Shown: piece by piece, positions 38,098 through 47,777 of the stretch
How the letters are laid out: each line of letters opens with the position of its first letter
Numbering within the stretch: position 1 is the stretch's first letter
Virus record (IMG/VR): IMGVR_UViG_2634166419_000001
Coordinates: 1-64,000 of that record
DNA length: 64,000 bases
Source of the DNA: a virus
Lineage: Duplodnaviria; Caudoviricetes
Strand: one strand, 5' to 3'
Notes under the pieces: generated by a model
What the model saw: only the letters and a program-made list of their open reading frames with translations
Database searches by the model: none
What the model was told of the DNA's origin: nothing
Translations under genes and position numbers: made by a program

Positions 38098-38562
38098 CTA
38101 CTTATTAAGATTATCTACCGCATATTGGGCTTCCTCTGGGGTAAATTTCTCAAACTCAGAGGTTAGTTGATCTTTGATTGCATCAGGCGACATAGCCATT
38201 TTATCCTGATATGATTTAGCTTTTTCTAAGGCGTTGGCATTATAGTCTGCTTTTAAATTATCTACCGCGTATTGAGCCGCTTCCGGAGAAAACTTCTCAA
38301 AATCAGAGGTCAGCTGGTCATAAATGCCTTGCTTAGACATGTGCATAGTTTTTGAATAAGTCTCAGCTTTCTTTAGTGCTGCAGTATATTCAGCAGGCAC
38401 CGCAGGTTTTTCCTCAGCTTTAGAGGATGAAACTGTTGTTTGTTCTGTTTTAACACTGCTTGCTGTTGCGTTATCACCTTTGGCAGATGTGTCTGAGCTG
38501 CCACACGCAGCCAATAGTAACGCAGTTGAGCAAACTAGCCCTAAACTTAAAATTTTCTTCAT
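38098..38562 (-). CDS. ltp: Ltp-family lipoprotein (superinfection exclusion)
   Basis: Lipobox LAAC; two repeats AL.KA..Y...M.MS...I.DQLTS.FEKF.PE.AQYAVDNL; between int and cI. Confidence 0.88.
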   Translation of the reverse strand: MKKILSLGLVCSTALLLAACGSSDTSAKGDNATASSVKTEQTTVSSSKAEEKPAVPAEYTAALKKAETYSKTMHMSKQGIYDQLTSDFEKFSPEAAQYAVDNLKADYNANALEKAKSYQDKMAMSPDAIKDQLTSEFEKFTPEEAQYAVDNLNK

Positions 38563-38591
38563 TTGTACCACTCCCTATGATATAATTTATT

Positions 38592-38646
38592 TGCATATGA
38601 ATATATCGGCTAGGGAGTGGACGGAAACATTCCCTAGCCATTTTTT
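38592..38646 (+). ncRNA. Candidate antisense RNA opposite the ltp leader
   Basis: TG-A-TATAAT 38578-38586, same hairpin and T-run as 555..610. Confidence 0.5.
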
Positions 38647-39328
38647 ATAAAGCTACCACACCGACAACTTTAAAATCATCATATTCATTAATTAAAATAT
38701 CTTTATATTTTTTATTTAACGATACTAAACGATTCCCCATTATCTTCTTGACGTACGTTTCATTATTAAGCGTACAGACGATTATTTGTCCGTCGCGTAC
38801 TTCGTGGGTTTTTCTGATGAATATTATTTGGTTATCTTCAAATAATGGTTGCATCGAGTCGCCGTTTACTCTTACCACATAATCGTGATTAGGAATCTGA
38901 CCGTCATATTCAATTTCTTCTTTAAAATTATCATCTTGCCATTCGCCAGTACCGGCCGATACGACTGCATCTAAATTTAAGGTAGTTGGGAATGGAACGA
39001 CGTTGTCAGAAATGGTATTTTGTTCATCTAATTTGGATTTGGCGAAATCGTAGACGATGGCTTGGTTATCAGAATTTAGCAAGTTATACACTTCGTTGAT
39101 ATCTTTAGTTTCAACACGTGGAAAAAACGTATTAATAGAAATTCCGAAAATATCTGCCAATTCAAAAAGTATATCTTGATTTGCTTTTCTATCGCCATTT
39201 TCGTATCTGCTGATTGATTGTCTTGTTGTTCTCAACTTCTTAGCTAGATCTTCTTGCGTCATTCCCATTTGTTCGCGGTAGTATTTAATTTTGCTACCAA
39301 TATACACTGATAATTCCATGATTTTCAC
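38645..39328 (-). CDS. CI-like repressor (XRE HTH + S24 peptidase)
   Basis: MTQEDLA..SISRYENG; C-terminal domain nearly identical to prophage 1 CI. Confidence 0.92.
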   Translation of the reverse strand: MKIMELSVYIGSKIKYYREQMGMTQEDLAKKLRTTRQSISRYENGDRKANQDILFELADIFGISINTFFPRVETKDINEVYNLLNSDNQAIVYDFAKSKLDEQNTISDNVVPFPTTLNLDAVVSAGTGEWQDDNFKEEIEYDGQIPNHDYVVRVNGDSMQPLFEDNQIIFIRKTHEVRDGQIIVCTLNNETYVKKIMGNRLVSLNKKYKDILINEYDDFKVVGVVAL

Positions 39329-39358
39329 CTCCTTTACAAAAATTATTATACCACTCTT

Positions 39359-39495
39359 AGCACCAAAACGGAACTATTTTTTTCTATTTAATAGAAATAA
39401 TTCTATTTTTTTAGAATTAAAAAAAATTTTTTAGAAAAAATACTTGTCATGTAACCGAAATGGTGCTATTATGTGAATGTAACCAAAATGGTTAC
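39359..39495. promoter_or_regulatory. Prophage 2 switch operators and lytic promoter
   Basis: ACC-N5-GG centred 17-mers at 39359, 39451, 39479 (another at 39705); TTGTCA-17-TATTAT at 39444-39472. Confidence 0.82.
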
Positions 39496-39504
39496 TAGAA
39501 AGAG

Positions 39505-39720
39505 GTGAAAAAAATGCAAACGAAATTGTGGGAAATTCGAAAATCCAACAAAATGAATCAAAGTGAAGTAGCTGATATTTTGGGAATAACAGTACAAGCG
39601 TATCGTTTAAAAGAGCAAGGAAAAAATCAATTTACACAAGATGAAATGTTTTCGCTAAGCAAGTATTTTAACCTTGATATTGAAGATATTTTTTTACCAC
39701 GAAAAGCACCAAAACGGTAA
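39505..39720 (+). CDS. Cro-like XRE regulator
   Basis: MNQSEVADILGIT..AYRLKEQG. Confidence 0.88.
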   Translation: MKKMQTKLWEIRKSNKMNQSEVADILGITVQAYRLKEQGKNQFTQDEMFSLSKYFNLDIEDIFLPRKAPKR

Positions 39721-39740
39721 CAAAAAAACAGATAGAAAGG

Positions 39741-40520
39741 ATGATGAACATGGAATTACAAACATTTAGCAACAACTTATTTGATTTAACAGTTAAAACA
39801 GAAAACGGCGAAGCGCTATTTGATGTTGAAACAGTAGCAAGAAGTTTAGGATTTGTTCAAACGAAGAGCGGAAAAGAATACGTCAGATGGGAAACAGTCA
39901 ATAAGTATTTAAGAAAATATCTTTCCCAAGAAGTTGGGAAAAACGATTATATCAGCGAACCAATGGTATATAAGTTGGCATTTAAAGCAAACAACGCATT
40001 AGCCGAACAGTTTCAAGATTGGTTAGCAACTGAAGTTCTTCCAGTGATTAGAAAACACGGGGCTTACTTAACTCCAGATAAAATCGAAGAAGTGCTTTTA
40101 AACCCAGATACGCTAATTAATTTAGCTACACAATTAAAACAGGAACGTGAAGGTCGCTTGATTGCTGAACAGCGAGTCAACGAACTAACACCAAAAGCGA
40201 GTTATTACGATAAGGTTCTTTCTAACAAGGCGCTAGTGACAATTACTGTGATTGCTAAAGATTATGGAATGAGCGGTAAAGCTATGAATGCATTGCTGCA
40301 TGAGTTAGGCATTCAGTATAAGCAAGGTACAACATGGTTACTATATGCACGCTATCAAAAGAACGGTTGGACTCATTCTGAAACGGTTATGATTACCGAT
40401 AAAGACGGTAATGAAAAAGCTGTTCTGAACACTAAATGGACTCAAAAAGGGCGCTTAGGATTGTATGAATTATTAAAGAGAAAAGGCTATTTACCAGTAA
40501 TTGAAAGAGAAACAGCTTAG
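39741..40520 (+). CDS. Antirepressor (BRO-N + ANT/KilAC)
   Basis: FQDWLATEVLPVIRKHGAY; PKASYYD..WTQKGR. Confidence 0.9.
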   Translation: MMNMELQTFSNNLFDLTVKTENGEALFDVETVARSLGFVQTKSGKEYVRWETVNKYLRKYLSQEVGKNDYISEPMVYKLAFKANNALAEQFQDWLATEVLPVIRKHGAYLTPDKIEEVLLNPDTLINLATQLKQEREGRLIAEQRVNELTPKASYYDKVLSNKALVTITVIAKDYGMSGKAMNALLHELGIQYKQGTTWLLYARYQKNGWTHSETVMITDKDGNEKAVLNTKWTQKGRLGLYELLKRKGYLPVIERETA

Positions 40521-40523
40521 GAG

Positions 40524-40796
40524 GTGGCAGTTATGAAAGGAAGTATCGACTTGCTACTAAGTCAGATAGACGGCTACATCAGGCGCGTGATACGTGAAGA
40601 AGTCAGTGCTGTGATCAAAGCAAGTCAAACAACTGATGCGTTTCCTCAAAAGGAAACGGCTCAAATATTGGGAATGAGCGAGGCGACGCTCATTAAAAAG
40701 CGTAAACAAGGCATGATACAAGCCTACGAAAGTGGGCGGCATGTAATGTATACGCAATCGGAAATAAATAAGTTTAGAGAAAATAACACGATTTGA
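40524..40796 (+). CDS. Excisionase-like helix-turn-helix protein
   Basis: KETAQILGMSEATL..RKQGMI...YTQSEI. Confidence 0.7.
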   Translation: MAVMKGSIDLLLSQIDGYIRRVIREEVSAVIKASQTTDAFPQKETAQILGMSEATLIKKRKQGMIQAYESGRHVMYTQSEINKFRENNTI

Positions 40797-40831
40797 GTCC
40801 GGGCGGGGCTGTGGAAAAAGAGGCAAAGAAA

Positions 40832-41065
40832 ATGAACAATAAAATGAAAAAAATACAAAAAAATATAGGTATGTTTAGAATCATCCTATTTGGATGGATG
40901 ATGTTTGGGTTAGGTTTGCTAGCAAGTGGAGAATTTAACGGAAAAATTGCAATAGGCTTTACTATCACTTCTGTTGTTGTTTTGCTAGCTTATGACGCAT
41001 ATTTTGACCGCTATCTAAAGAGTAGACCGATTTATTTTAAGCTAACAAGAAAAGAAGGGAAATAA
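40832..41065 (+). CDS. Small membrane protein
   Basis: Homologue of 3064..3243. Confidence 0.65.
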   Translation: MNNKMKKIQKNIGMFRIILFGWMMFGLGLLASGEFNGKIAIGFTITSVVVLLAYDAYFDRYLKSRPIYFKLTRKEGK

Positions 41066-41066
41066 A

Positions 41067-41267
41067 ATGGAACTAATCGCATATTGTAGTCAAGCTATGG
41101 TGATTAACGAAAAAATAAACGAGGTAATGATACGCTACGACGATTTGAATGTCGTATGTGTTTCAAAGGGATTAATGGATAAATACGCTGAGTGGTACAT
41201 CAGAGAAAACTTCGAGATGTCTGAAAAAGACGGATGGATTAGGAGGTTAGAATCTGATGAAAGTTAA
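41067..41267 (+). CDS. Hypothetical phage protein
   Basis: In operon with SD. Confidence 0.6.
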   Translation: MELIAYCSQAMVINEKINEVMIRYDDLNVVCVSKGLMDKYAEWYIRENFEMSEKDGWIRRLESDES

Positions 41268-41586
41268 ATATAAGAAATGGAATTGCATCGTTCAATGGTC
41301 AATGTACTACGAAAATAATAACATTGCTATCCAGTTGGTTGATGAAAAAACAAAAGAATTAATTTCGGTAGCTACTACTAATACAGGACATAAAAATAGC
41401 GAATCTAATGTCCAAATTAAAGACTGGTCTGAAAACAAAGGAATGTGGCAAGCGTTAGTTGATGCAGGTGTCATTAAAGACAAGATTGTCAACATAATAC
41501 CTACTGGATACGTAGAAGTGAAAGTAGCTGAATTGACGGAAGAAGCAAAGAAAGATTTTGAAAATTGGTTAGAAGAGTGGTGTTGA
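41257..41586 (+). CDS. Hypothetical phage protein
   Basis: SD AGGAGG; in operon. Confidence 0.7.
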   Translation: MKVKYKKWNCIVQWSMYYENNNIAIQLVDEKTKELISVATTNTGHKNSESNVQIKDWSENKGMWQALVDAGVIKDKIVNIIPTGYVEVKVAELTEEAKKDFENWLEEWC

Positions 41587-41592
41587 CATATA

Positions 41593-41724
41593 ATGAGAAA
41601 CTTTGATTTCGAAGCAGCAAATGAATGGCTGGCAGAGAATTGGAATGTAATTAAATCTCAACAGTATATTGATGTGATAAAAAGATGCATAGAAAAAGAA
41701 AAAGCCACTGACGGCAATCAGTGA
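41593..41724 (+). CDS. Small ORF (43 aa) ending in a hairpin
   Basis: MRNFDFEAANEWLAENW; below track cutoff. Confidence 0.45.
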   Translation: MRNFDFEAANEWLAENWNVIKSQQYIDVIKRCIEKEKATDGNQ

Positions 41725-41776
41725 CTAACAAAAATAATTTACAAGTTAAGTATAGCACGAAAGGGGCAATTTTGGA

Positions 41777-42142
41777 ATGACACCTGAACAAGAATGGATT
41801 GATAGAAATCTGCAACCGCCAGAAGAGAGAGTGGCAGATATCGAACGAGAACCAGTAGATAAATCTTTTATTTCGGATGAACCAATATACGAAGGACAAC
41901 AAGTAATTGTCACTGAATTTGGATACAAAGCATTTCCTGATGAAGTCGACGCATTAATTGGCGAACAATTAGAGATGTATTCAAAAGACGAATTGATAGA
42001 CGTTTTAGAAGCGTTCTCTGGCGACGGAATAATGATTTATCTGAAAGGCAAAATCATTAAATATATAAATCTTTTTAAGCAACAAGGAAGAGATGAAGAA
42101 ATCATGGAAATACTAAGATTTGAAGAAAGGGTGATTGACTAA
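41777..42142 (+). CDS. Hypothetical phage protein
   Basis: SD AAAGGGG; precedes recombinase. Confidence 0.7.
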   Translation: MTPEQEWIDRNLQPPEERVADIEREPVDKSFISDEPIYEGQQVIVTEFGYKAFPDEVDALIGEQLEMYSKDELIDVLEAFSGDGIMIYLKGKIIKYINLFKQQGRDEEIMEILRFEERVID

Positions 42143-42825
42143 TGGAAGAAGAAAAGAAATTAGATGTAGCAGAAATGACGTTTTATGAACGGTTAGTTAA
42201 AACGCAAATTGAAGTGAAAGCGCCGAAGAGTCAATATAATTCGTTTGGTAAATATCACTATCGATCAGCGGACGATATTTATCAAGCAGCCAAGCCGATA
42301 AACGAAAAATACGGCTTGTACCTAACTTTAACTGATGAACCATTCGAAATCGGCGGAAGAGTCTATATCAAAGCAATCGCAAAAATCGTCGATTGTTTTA
42401 ATCCGTCAAATTCAATATACGTAACAGCTTATGCACGAGAAGCAGAAATAAAGAAAGGCATGGACGATAGCCAAATTACCGGCGGTGCGTCATCTTACGC
42501 GAGAAAATACGCATTAAACGGTCTTTATTTACTAGATGATACAAAAGACGCAGATACAGAAGAGTTTAAACAACAAGTTGATAGCGCGAAAGCTAAGATA
42601 ATTGACGAAACAAAAGTAAAAGCATTGAAACAGAAAGTCGAAAATCTAGCTAAATTTATTTCAGAAAAAACTGGAGATGAACAATCATTTGATAAAATCT
42701 ACAGCTATTTATCTGACCATAAATTCATGAAAGTTATTCCGATTGAAAAATTAGATACGGAACAATACGTGACAATCAACCGATTTGCTGACGAATTAAA
42801 AAAACGATATGAGAAACAAAAGTAG
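42142..42825 (+). CDS. ERF-family single-strand annealing protein
   Basis: KSQYNSFGKYHYRS, QITGGASSYARKYAL..DDTKDAD. Confidence 0.9.
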   Translation: MEEEKKLDVAEMTFYERLVKTQIEVKAPKSQYNSFGKYHYRSADDIYQAAKPINEKYGLYLTLTDEPFEIGGRVYIKAIAKIVDCFNPSNSIYVTAYAREAEIKKGMDDSQITGGASSYARKYALNGLYLLDDTKDADTEEFKQQVDSAKAKIIDETKVKALKQKVENLAKFISEKTGDEQSFDKIYSYLSDHKFMKVIPIEKLDTEQYVTINRFADELKKRYEKQK

Positions 42826-43488
42826 ATGGAATACTCAGGAAAGATTATAAAATTAGATAACAGAAGAATAGTTATCGACACAAACGAAGATATCAATATT
42901 GAACGACTCAAAACATTGTATTTTGGATATCAAGGTCACATGAATGTAGAAGTGACAATCAGTGACCCTAGAAAATTCAGCAAACAACAACGACTATTTT
43001 ATTACGCAGTGCTAGGCGATATCTATCGCTACACAGGCGAATCAGTAGAGATACTTGATGAGTTTTTCAAAAATCGCTATACCGTGCTAACAGGCGCAAG
43101 TATCAGCCTATCCAATCATTCGCAAGCGACGATGGAAGAAGTCGGTAAGTTATGCGATATCGTGATTGCGTTCGTGCTAGAGTGGAATATCCCGTTTAAA
43201 AACGGTTATGAAATTCCACCACAAAACACAGAGTGGTTTTTATACAAATGTTTAACAGAAAGAAAATGCTGCTTGTGTGGCAAGAAAGCAGATATCCATC
43301 ACGCAACGCATTTAGTCGGTATGGGAAACAACAGAAAAAAGCACGACCACATTAATAGCTCGTTTATGGCGTTATGCAGAGAACATCACATTTTAATTCA
43401 TAACATAGGGCTAAGCGAATTCATGAAAAGATACAATGTTTTTCCTGTTAAGTTAAATAACGAAACAATCAAAAGATTGAATATATAA
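42826..43488 (+). CDS. Putative HNHc nuclease (DUF968-like)
   Basis: CCLCGKKADIHH..VGMG..ALCREHH. Confidence 0.8.
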   Translation: MEYSGKIIKLDNRRIVIDTNEDINIERLKTLYFGYQGHMNVEVTISDPRKFSKQQRLFYYAVLGDIYRYTGESVEILDEFFKNRYTVLTGASISLSNHSQATMEEVGKLCDIVIAFVLEWNIPFKNGYEIPPQNTEWFLYKCLTERKCCLCGKKADIHHATHLVGMGNNRKKHDHINSSFMALCREHHILIHNIGLSEFMKRYNVFPVKLNNETIKRLNI

Positions 43489-43500
43489 GGAGGTAGAAAA

Positions 43501-44337
43501 TTGGGAGATAGAAGAATGATCAGTAAAAAGATAACTGATACCGACAAATTTCTAGCTATGCCTTTATCCACTCAAGCGTTATATTTTCATCTTAATACAC
43601 ACGGAGATGATTATGGTTTTGTCGACAAAGCAAAGACCATCCAAAGAACGATTGGAGCTAGTGAAGATGATTTGAAGTTGTTGATTGCTAAACAATATAT
43701 CATCCCTTTTGAAAGTGGTGTTGTGGTTATTAAAGATTGGTTTATCCATAACATCATTAGAAAAGATAGGTTGAAAGAAACTTCATATATTCAAGAAAAG
43801 CAACAATTACAAATAACTGAAAGTAGAACGTATGAACACACGACAACCAATTGTCAACCAACCGACAACCAATTGTCAACCAATTGGCGCCCTAACCTAA
43901 CTAAACCTAACTTAACTAAACCTAACTTAACCCAACCTAACTTAACTAAACCGTCTAAAGACTATATATTGTCAGGCACGCCCGACTTCACATTTCCAAA
44001 ATGGCTAGATGAAAAAGCAATCAACGAAATTCAAAAAGGGAATCCTCAAAATTATGAGCAACGTATTCCGATTGCTTACCTCAACCAAAAATTAGACAAA
44101 AACTACAAGTACGTTGAAAAAAATACAAAGTTAGTAAAGACAAGATTAAACGAAGGATACACGCTTGATGACTTCAAAACAGTCATTGATAAAAAAGTCA
44201 CTGAATGGCAAAACAATGAAAGTATGGCTAAGTATTTGCGACCAGAAACGCTATTCGGAACGAAATTTGACGGTTACTTAAATCAACCAACAGCCAAATC
44301 AAAAGGCTACGACAATGATATAGATTTACCATTTTAG
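43501..44337 (+). CDS. Replisome organizer/replication initiator
   Basis: STQALYFHL..DDYGFV; YLRPETLFGTKFDGYLNQ; internal iterons. Confidence 0.88.
   Translation: MGDRRMISKKITDTDKFLAMPLSTQALYFHLNTHGDDYGFVDKAKTIQRTIGASEDDLKLLIAKQYIIPFESGVVVIKDWFIHNIIRKDRLKETSYIQEKQQLQITESRTYEHTTTNCQPTDNQLSTNWRPNLTKPNLTKPNLTQPNLTKPSKDYILSGTPDFTFPKWLDEKAINEIQKGNPQNYEQRIPIAYLNQKLDKNYKYVEKNTKLVKTRLNEGYTLDDFKTVIDKKVTEWQNNESMAKYLRPETLFGTKFDGYLNQPTAKSKGYDNDIDLPF
43841..43952 (+). repeat. Iterons inside the initiator gene (putative origin)
   Basis: CGACAACCAATTGTCAACCAA x2, then four 15-bp CCTAACYTAACYMAA units (PNLTK). Confidence 0.8.
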
Positions 44338-44349
44338 GAGGAATGAACT

Positions 44350-44727
44350 ATGTTAAACAACACGACACTAGTAGGAAGATTGACGAAAGACCCAGATTTA
44401 AAGTACACACAATCAGGAAAGGCGGTTGCACAATTCACATTGGCAGTTACTAGAGATTTTAAAAATGCTGATGGAGAATATGACGCTGATTTTATTAATT
44501 GCGTGATGTGGGGCAAGCCGGCGGAAACGTTAGCTGACCGTGTGAAGAAAGGCGAACGTATCAGTTTAGCTGGGCGTATTCAAACGAGAAACTATGAAAA
44601 CAACGACGGTCAACGGGTGTATGTGACGGAAGTTGTAGCAAACACTTTCCATTTTTTAGAAACGAAAGGCGGAAACGGTGGCAACAATCAACAGAGACCA
44701 ATCACTGATGACGATTTGCCATTTTAG
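44350..44727 (+). CDS. ssb: Single-stranded DNA-binding protein
   Basis: [25 protein letters not shown] tail. Confidence 0.95.
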   Translation: MLNNTTLVGRLTKDPDLKYTQSGKAVAQFTLAVTRDFKNADGEYDADFINCVMWGKPAETLADRVKKGERISLAGRIQTRNYENNDGQRVYVTEVVANTFHFLETKGGNGGNNQQRPITDDDLPF

Positions 44728-44737
44728 GAGTTAGAGC

Positions 44738-45553
44738 ATGAATATAGCAAATATGATGAGTCGTATTAGATACACGACAGAACATTGTCCGAAGCATGAT
44801 GTTCCGCTGATTTATATGGCTAGGCTAGAAGTAGATGGAAAGCCAATAGCACCATTTTGTCCAGAGTGCAATCGTGAAAAAGTCAATCAGCAAGAAGAAC
44901 AAGATACGACTGAAAGAGTAGCCAAGAAACGCAAGGAACGCACATACGGAATGTTAAAGCGTAGTTCGATTGTTGGAAATGACAAGATGTTTAGCAAGAC
45001 GTTTGATAATTTCGACGTGACTTGCAATGAAACGCAAAAGGTTAAGATGCAAGCTATGAGAATTGCTGAAAGCTATTTAGCTAGAGAAGAATTTAATTGC
45101 ATCTTAACCGGCCAACCAGGTACAGGTAAAAGTCACTTAGCTATGGCTATTTTGCAACACGTCAACGAAAATGCGCAACCTTACATGAGTTGTTTGTTTG
45201 TCAGTTTGATTGATTTGCTAGCTGAAATCAGAGAGAGTTTTAACAGCCAAACGGAAGGTATTTCTGAATCCCAAGCTACGCGATTATTGCAGCGAGCAGA
45301 TGTATTAGTGATTGACGATTTAGGTAGTGAGTCGAATTTTACAAGCGACAATAGTCAAGCGAGCGATTTTATTCAAAGGGTTTTGTTTCAAATTTTGAAC
45401 GCTAGATCTAGGACAATCATTACAACCAATCTAAGTGGTCAAGAGTTAAAAAAGATTTACAATCCAAAAATTGTTAGTCGAATGTTAGAAAATGCAAAAC
45501 AGGAACATTTTCTAAACATGACAGGAATCAAGGATAACAGGAGGAAATTTTGA
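44738..45553 (+). CDS. DnaC/IstB-like helicase loader
   Basis: GQPGTGKSHLA, LVIDDLG, IITTNL. Confidence 0.9.
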   Translation: MNIANMMSRIRYTTEHCPKHDVPLIYMARLEVDGKPIAPFCPECNREKVNQQEEQDTTERVAKKRKERTYGMLKRSSIVGNDKMFSKTFDNFDVTCNETQKVKMQAMRIAESYLAREEFNCILTGQPGTGKSHLAMAILQHVNENAQPYMSCLFVSLIDLLAEIRESFNSQTEGISESQATRLLQRADVLVIDDLGSESNFTSDNSQASDFIQRVLFQILNARSRTIITTNLSGQELKKIYNPKIVSRMLENAKQEHFLNMTGIKDNRRKF

Positions 45554-45708
45554 TGTTAGTTAATCAAGGAATGGGCGTTTTTAAATTCGTAGCTGAACCT
45601 GTGACAGAAGAAAGACGCAAGGAAAGTCAAAGAGAATTAGAGCGAATTATTGAAGAAGCTAGCAAATATCTTGGAAATGAGGTTGTTCATGAGCAAGTAC
45701 AAAAATAA
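45553..45708 (+). CDS. Small hypothetical protein (51 aa)
   Basis: TGATG coupling and SD GAGG. Confidence 0.5.
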   Translation: MLVNQGMGVFKFVAEPVTEERRKESQRELERIIEEASKYLGNEVVHEQVQK

Positions 45709-46141
45709 AAAAGTCGTAGTGGATGGCTATAATTTTGACTCAAAGGCTGAAGCGAGGTACTACGAAAAGTTAAGAGATAGTGGCGAGTCATTCTCGTCGC
45801 TATCAAACGAATACTGGGAGATGCAGAAGTCTATTGCAGTGTTGCCTGGATATACATTGCCAAACGGTAGAAAGATATTGCCAATCAAATACAAAGCTGA
45901 TTTTGTTAAATACCGTGATGGCGAAATAGTCAAGGTAGTTGATGTCAAAGGCTACCAGGACAATACATCAAAGCTGAAGATGAAAATGTTTAGCTACGTG
46001 TACAGATACGAAGTTGTGTTTGCCAAATACGACAGAAAGACAGACACGTTCGAGGAAATGAGCTGTTTTGACAGTCTTAAATTGCAAAATCAGCGAGCTA
46101 AACTTAGACGTGAGAAAAAGAAAGTCAAGAATAGCCTTTAA
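45689..46141 (+). CDS. DUF1064 family putative endonuclease
   Basis: SKYKNKK..DG..FDSKAEARYY, YKADF, VDVKG. Confidence 0.85.
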   Translation: MSKYKNKKVVVDGYNFDSKAEARYYEKLRDSGESFSSLSNEYWEMQKSIAVLPGYTLPNGRKILPIKYKADFVKYRDGEIVKVVDVKGYQDNTSKLKMKMFSYVYRYEVVFAKYDRKTDTFEEMSCFDSLKLQNQRAKLRREKKKVKNSL

Positions 46142-46270
46142 AATCATTTCTAAGGCGTTTAAGCAATCTTTGGTATAAATATATTAAATCAAAATAAAAA
46201 TAGCTTAGAAATGAAATTAGGGACTAAAAACACATATTTTTAAGCTGAAGAGATTGTACAGGAGGAAATC

Positions 46271-46429
46271 ATGAAGAAGAAATGCACATTATGCAACGGA
46301 ACAGGCAGAATTGTGACAGAGAGACATTCGGAAAATTTGATAACCGTCCGATCTTGTCCGAAATGCAACAAGAAAGGACCAGTTGTAGACGTCGGTAAAT
46401 TAAATCAAGAATGGATGCGAAAATTATGA
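46271..46429 (+). CDS. Small Zn-finger protein, not in ORF track
   Basis: SD GGAGG; CTLCNGTG/CPKC; homologue of 10547..10702. Confidence 0.7.
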   Translation: MKKKCTLCNGTGRIVTERHSENLITVRSCPKCNKKGPVVDVGKLNQEWMRKL

Positions 46430-46638
46430 TGAAGATTACTGTAGAGTATCCACCGTCGGCTAAAGGCGAACATTTTATCGACCCGTATCTGATTATCAAC
46501 TATACCGTGACAGTCGGCGGAACGATGATACAACTAACTGATGGAAAAATTTTAAAAATCAAAGAAAGTTATAGCTATGTGGATAATTTCGTCACACAAG
46601 CGAATATGGAGGCGGCAAGATATGGAAGAATTAATTAA
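46411..46638 (+). CDS. Hypothetical phage protein
   Basis: Almost identical to 10684..10911. Confidence 0.7.
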   Translation: MDAKIMMKITVEYPPSAKGEHFIDPYLIINYTVTVGGTMIQLTDGKILKIKESYSYVDNFVTQANMEAARYGRIN

Positions 46639-46666
46639 AAAAGCACAAGAAAGGAAAGTGATTTGA

Positions 46667-47472
46667 ATGAATAAGATTAAATGCGAGTTGTTCAATGACC
46701 ACTTTCAAAATTACAAAAGATACAGTATTCCAAAAGCGCAACTTGTAATAGCAGATATTCCCTATAATTTAGGGAATAATGCTTATGCAAGTAACCCCGA
46801 TTGGTATAAGGGGGGCAAATTGCAAACGGCGAGTCTGAAAAAGCAGGTAAAGCATTCTTTGATACCGACCATAATTTTAGAATCGCTGAATTTATGCACT
46901 TTTGTTCAAAAATGTTAGTAAAAGAGCCAAAAGAAAAAGGCAAAGCACCGGCAATGATTGTATTTTGTGCGTTTCAACAAATGCAAATGGTTATTGATTA
47001 TGGCAAACAGTACGGTTTCAACAACAGCTATCCTATTTTCTTTCTAAAGAAATCTAGTGCGCAAGTTTTAAAAGCGAACATGAAAATTGTAAATGCTATG
47101 GAGTATGCCGTTGTACTATATCGTGACAAGTTGCCTAAATTCAATAATAACGGGCGAATGATTAAGAATTATTTTCAGTGGCAAAATGACAACCGCAAAA
47201 TTTATCCAAAATTGCACCCGACACAAAAGCCTATTGGTACTTTGAAAGAACTGATTGAAATTTTTACAGATAAAGATGAAGTTGTGATTGATCCTTGCGC
47301 CGGAAGTGGAAGCGCTTTGCGAGCTGCATGGGAATTAGGAAGAAACGCATACGGCTTTGAAATTAAGAAAGATTTTTACAAGTTAGCTAAAGAAGAAATG
47401 TTGAATACTGATGAAATTGCACTACAAACAGATATTTTTGATTTTATTGAAGGAGATGTAATGAATGGCTAA
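46667..47472 (+). pseudogene. N4/N6 DNA methyltransferase, frameshifted at a G6 tract
   Basis: ADIPY in the first frame, HPTQKP and DPCAGSGS in the -1 frame; one extra G at 46810-46815 joins them. Confidence 0.8.
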
Positions 47473-47605
47473 ATCACAATCACGGTGGAATAGAATTTAT
47501 CAGAAACAAAGGAATAACCAGTTAATGAGAGCGTGGAATAAATCAAAGAAAGAGGCGGTTATCGTTGGAAAAGGATGTTATAAAAATATTTTGGCAAAAC
47601 GTTGA
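47465..47605 (+). CDS. Small basic protein (46 aa)
   Basis: Homologue of 11367..11507. Confidence 0.65.
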   Translation: MAKSQSRWNRIYQKQRNNQLMRAWNKSKKEAVIVGKGCYKNILAKR

Positions 47606-47777
47606 CTGGCACAGAAAAAATAAAAACATACCGTGGAGTGCATTTTACTCAGGCGCTGACGGTGTGAAAAAGATGAAAAATCATGAGTTGAATGTGACCT
47701 TAAAGAAAGTGCAAGAAATTGCTGATAAATTAGATATTGATGATTATACGATTCTGTTTGAAAGGGGTTACGACTGA
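47565..47777 (+). CDS. XRE-like HTH protein
   Basis: Homologue of 11467..11679. Confidence 0.75.
   Translation: MEKDVIKIFWQNVDWHRKNKNIPWSAFYSGADGVKKMKNHELNVTLKKVQEIADKLDIDDYTILFERGYD

Noticed and set aside
43891-43952. CRISPR-like or VNTR array
   Set aside because: Spacerless in-frame 15-bp repeats inside the initiator gene fit origin iterons; no cas genes
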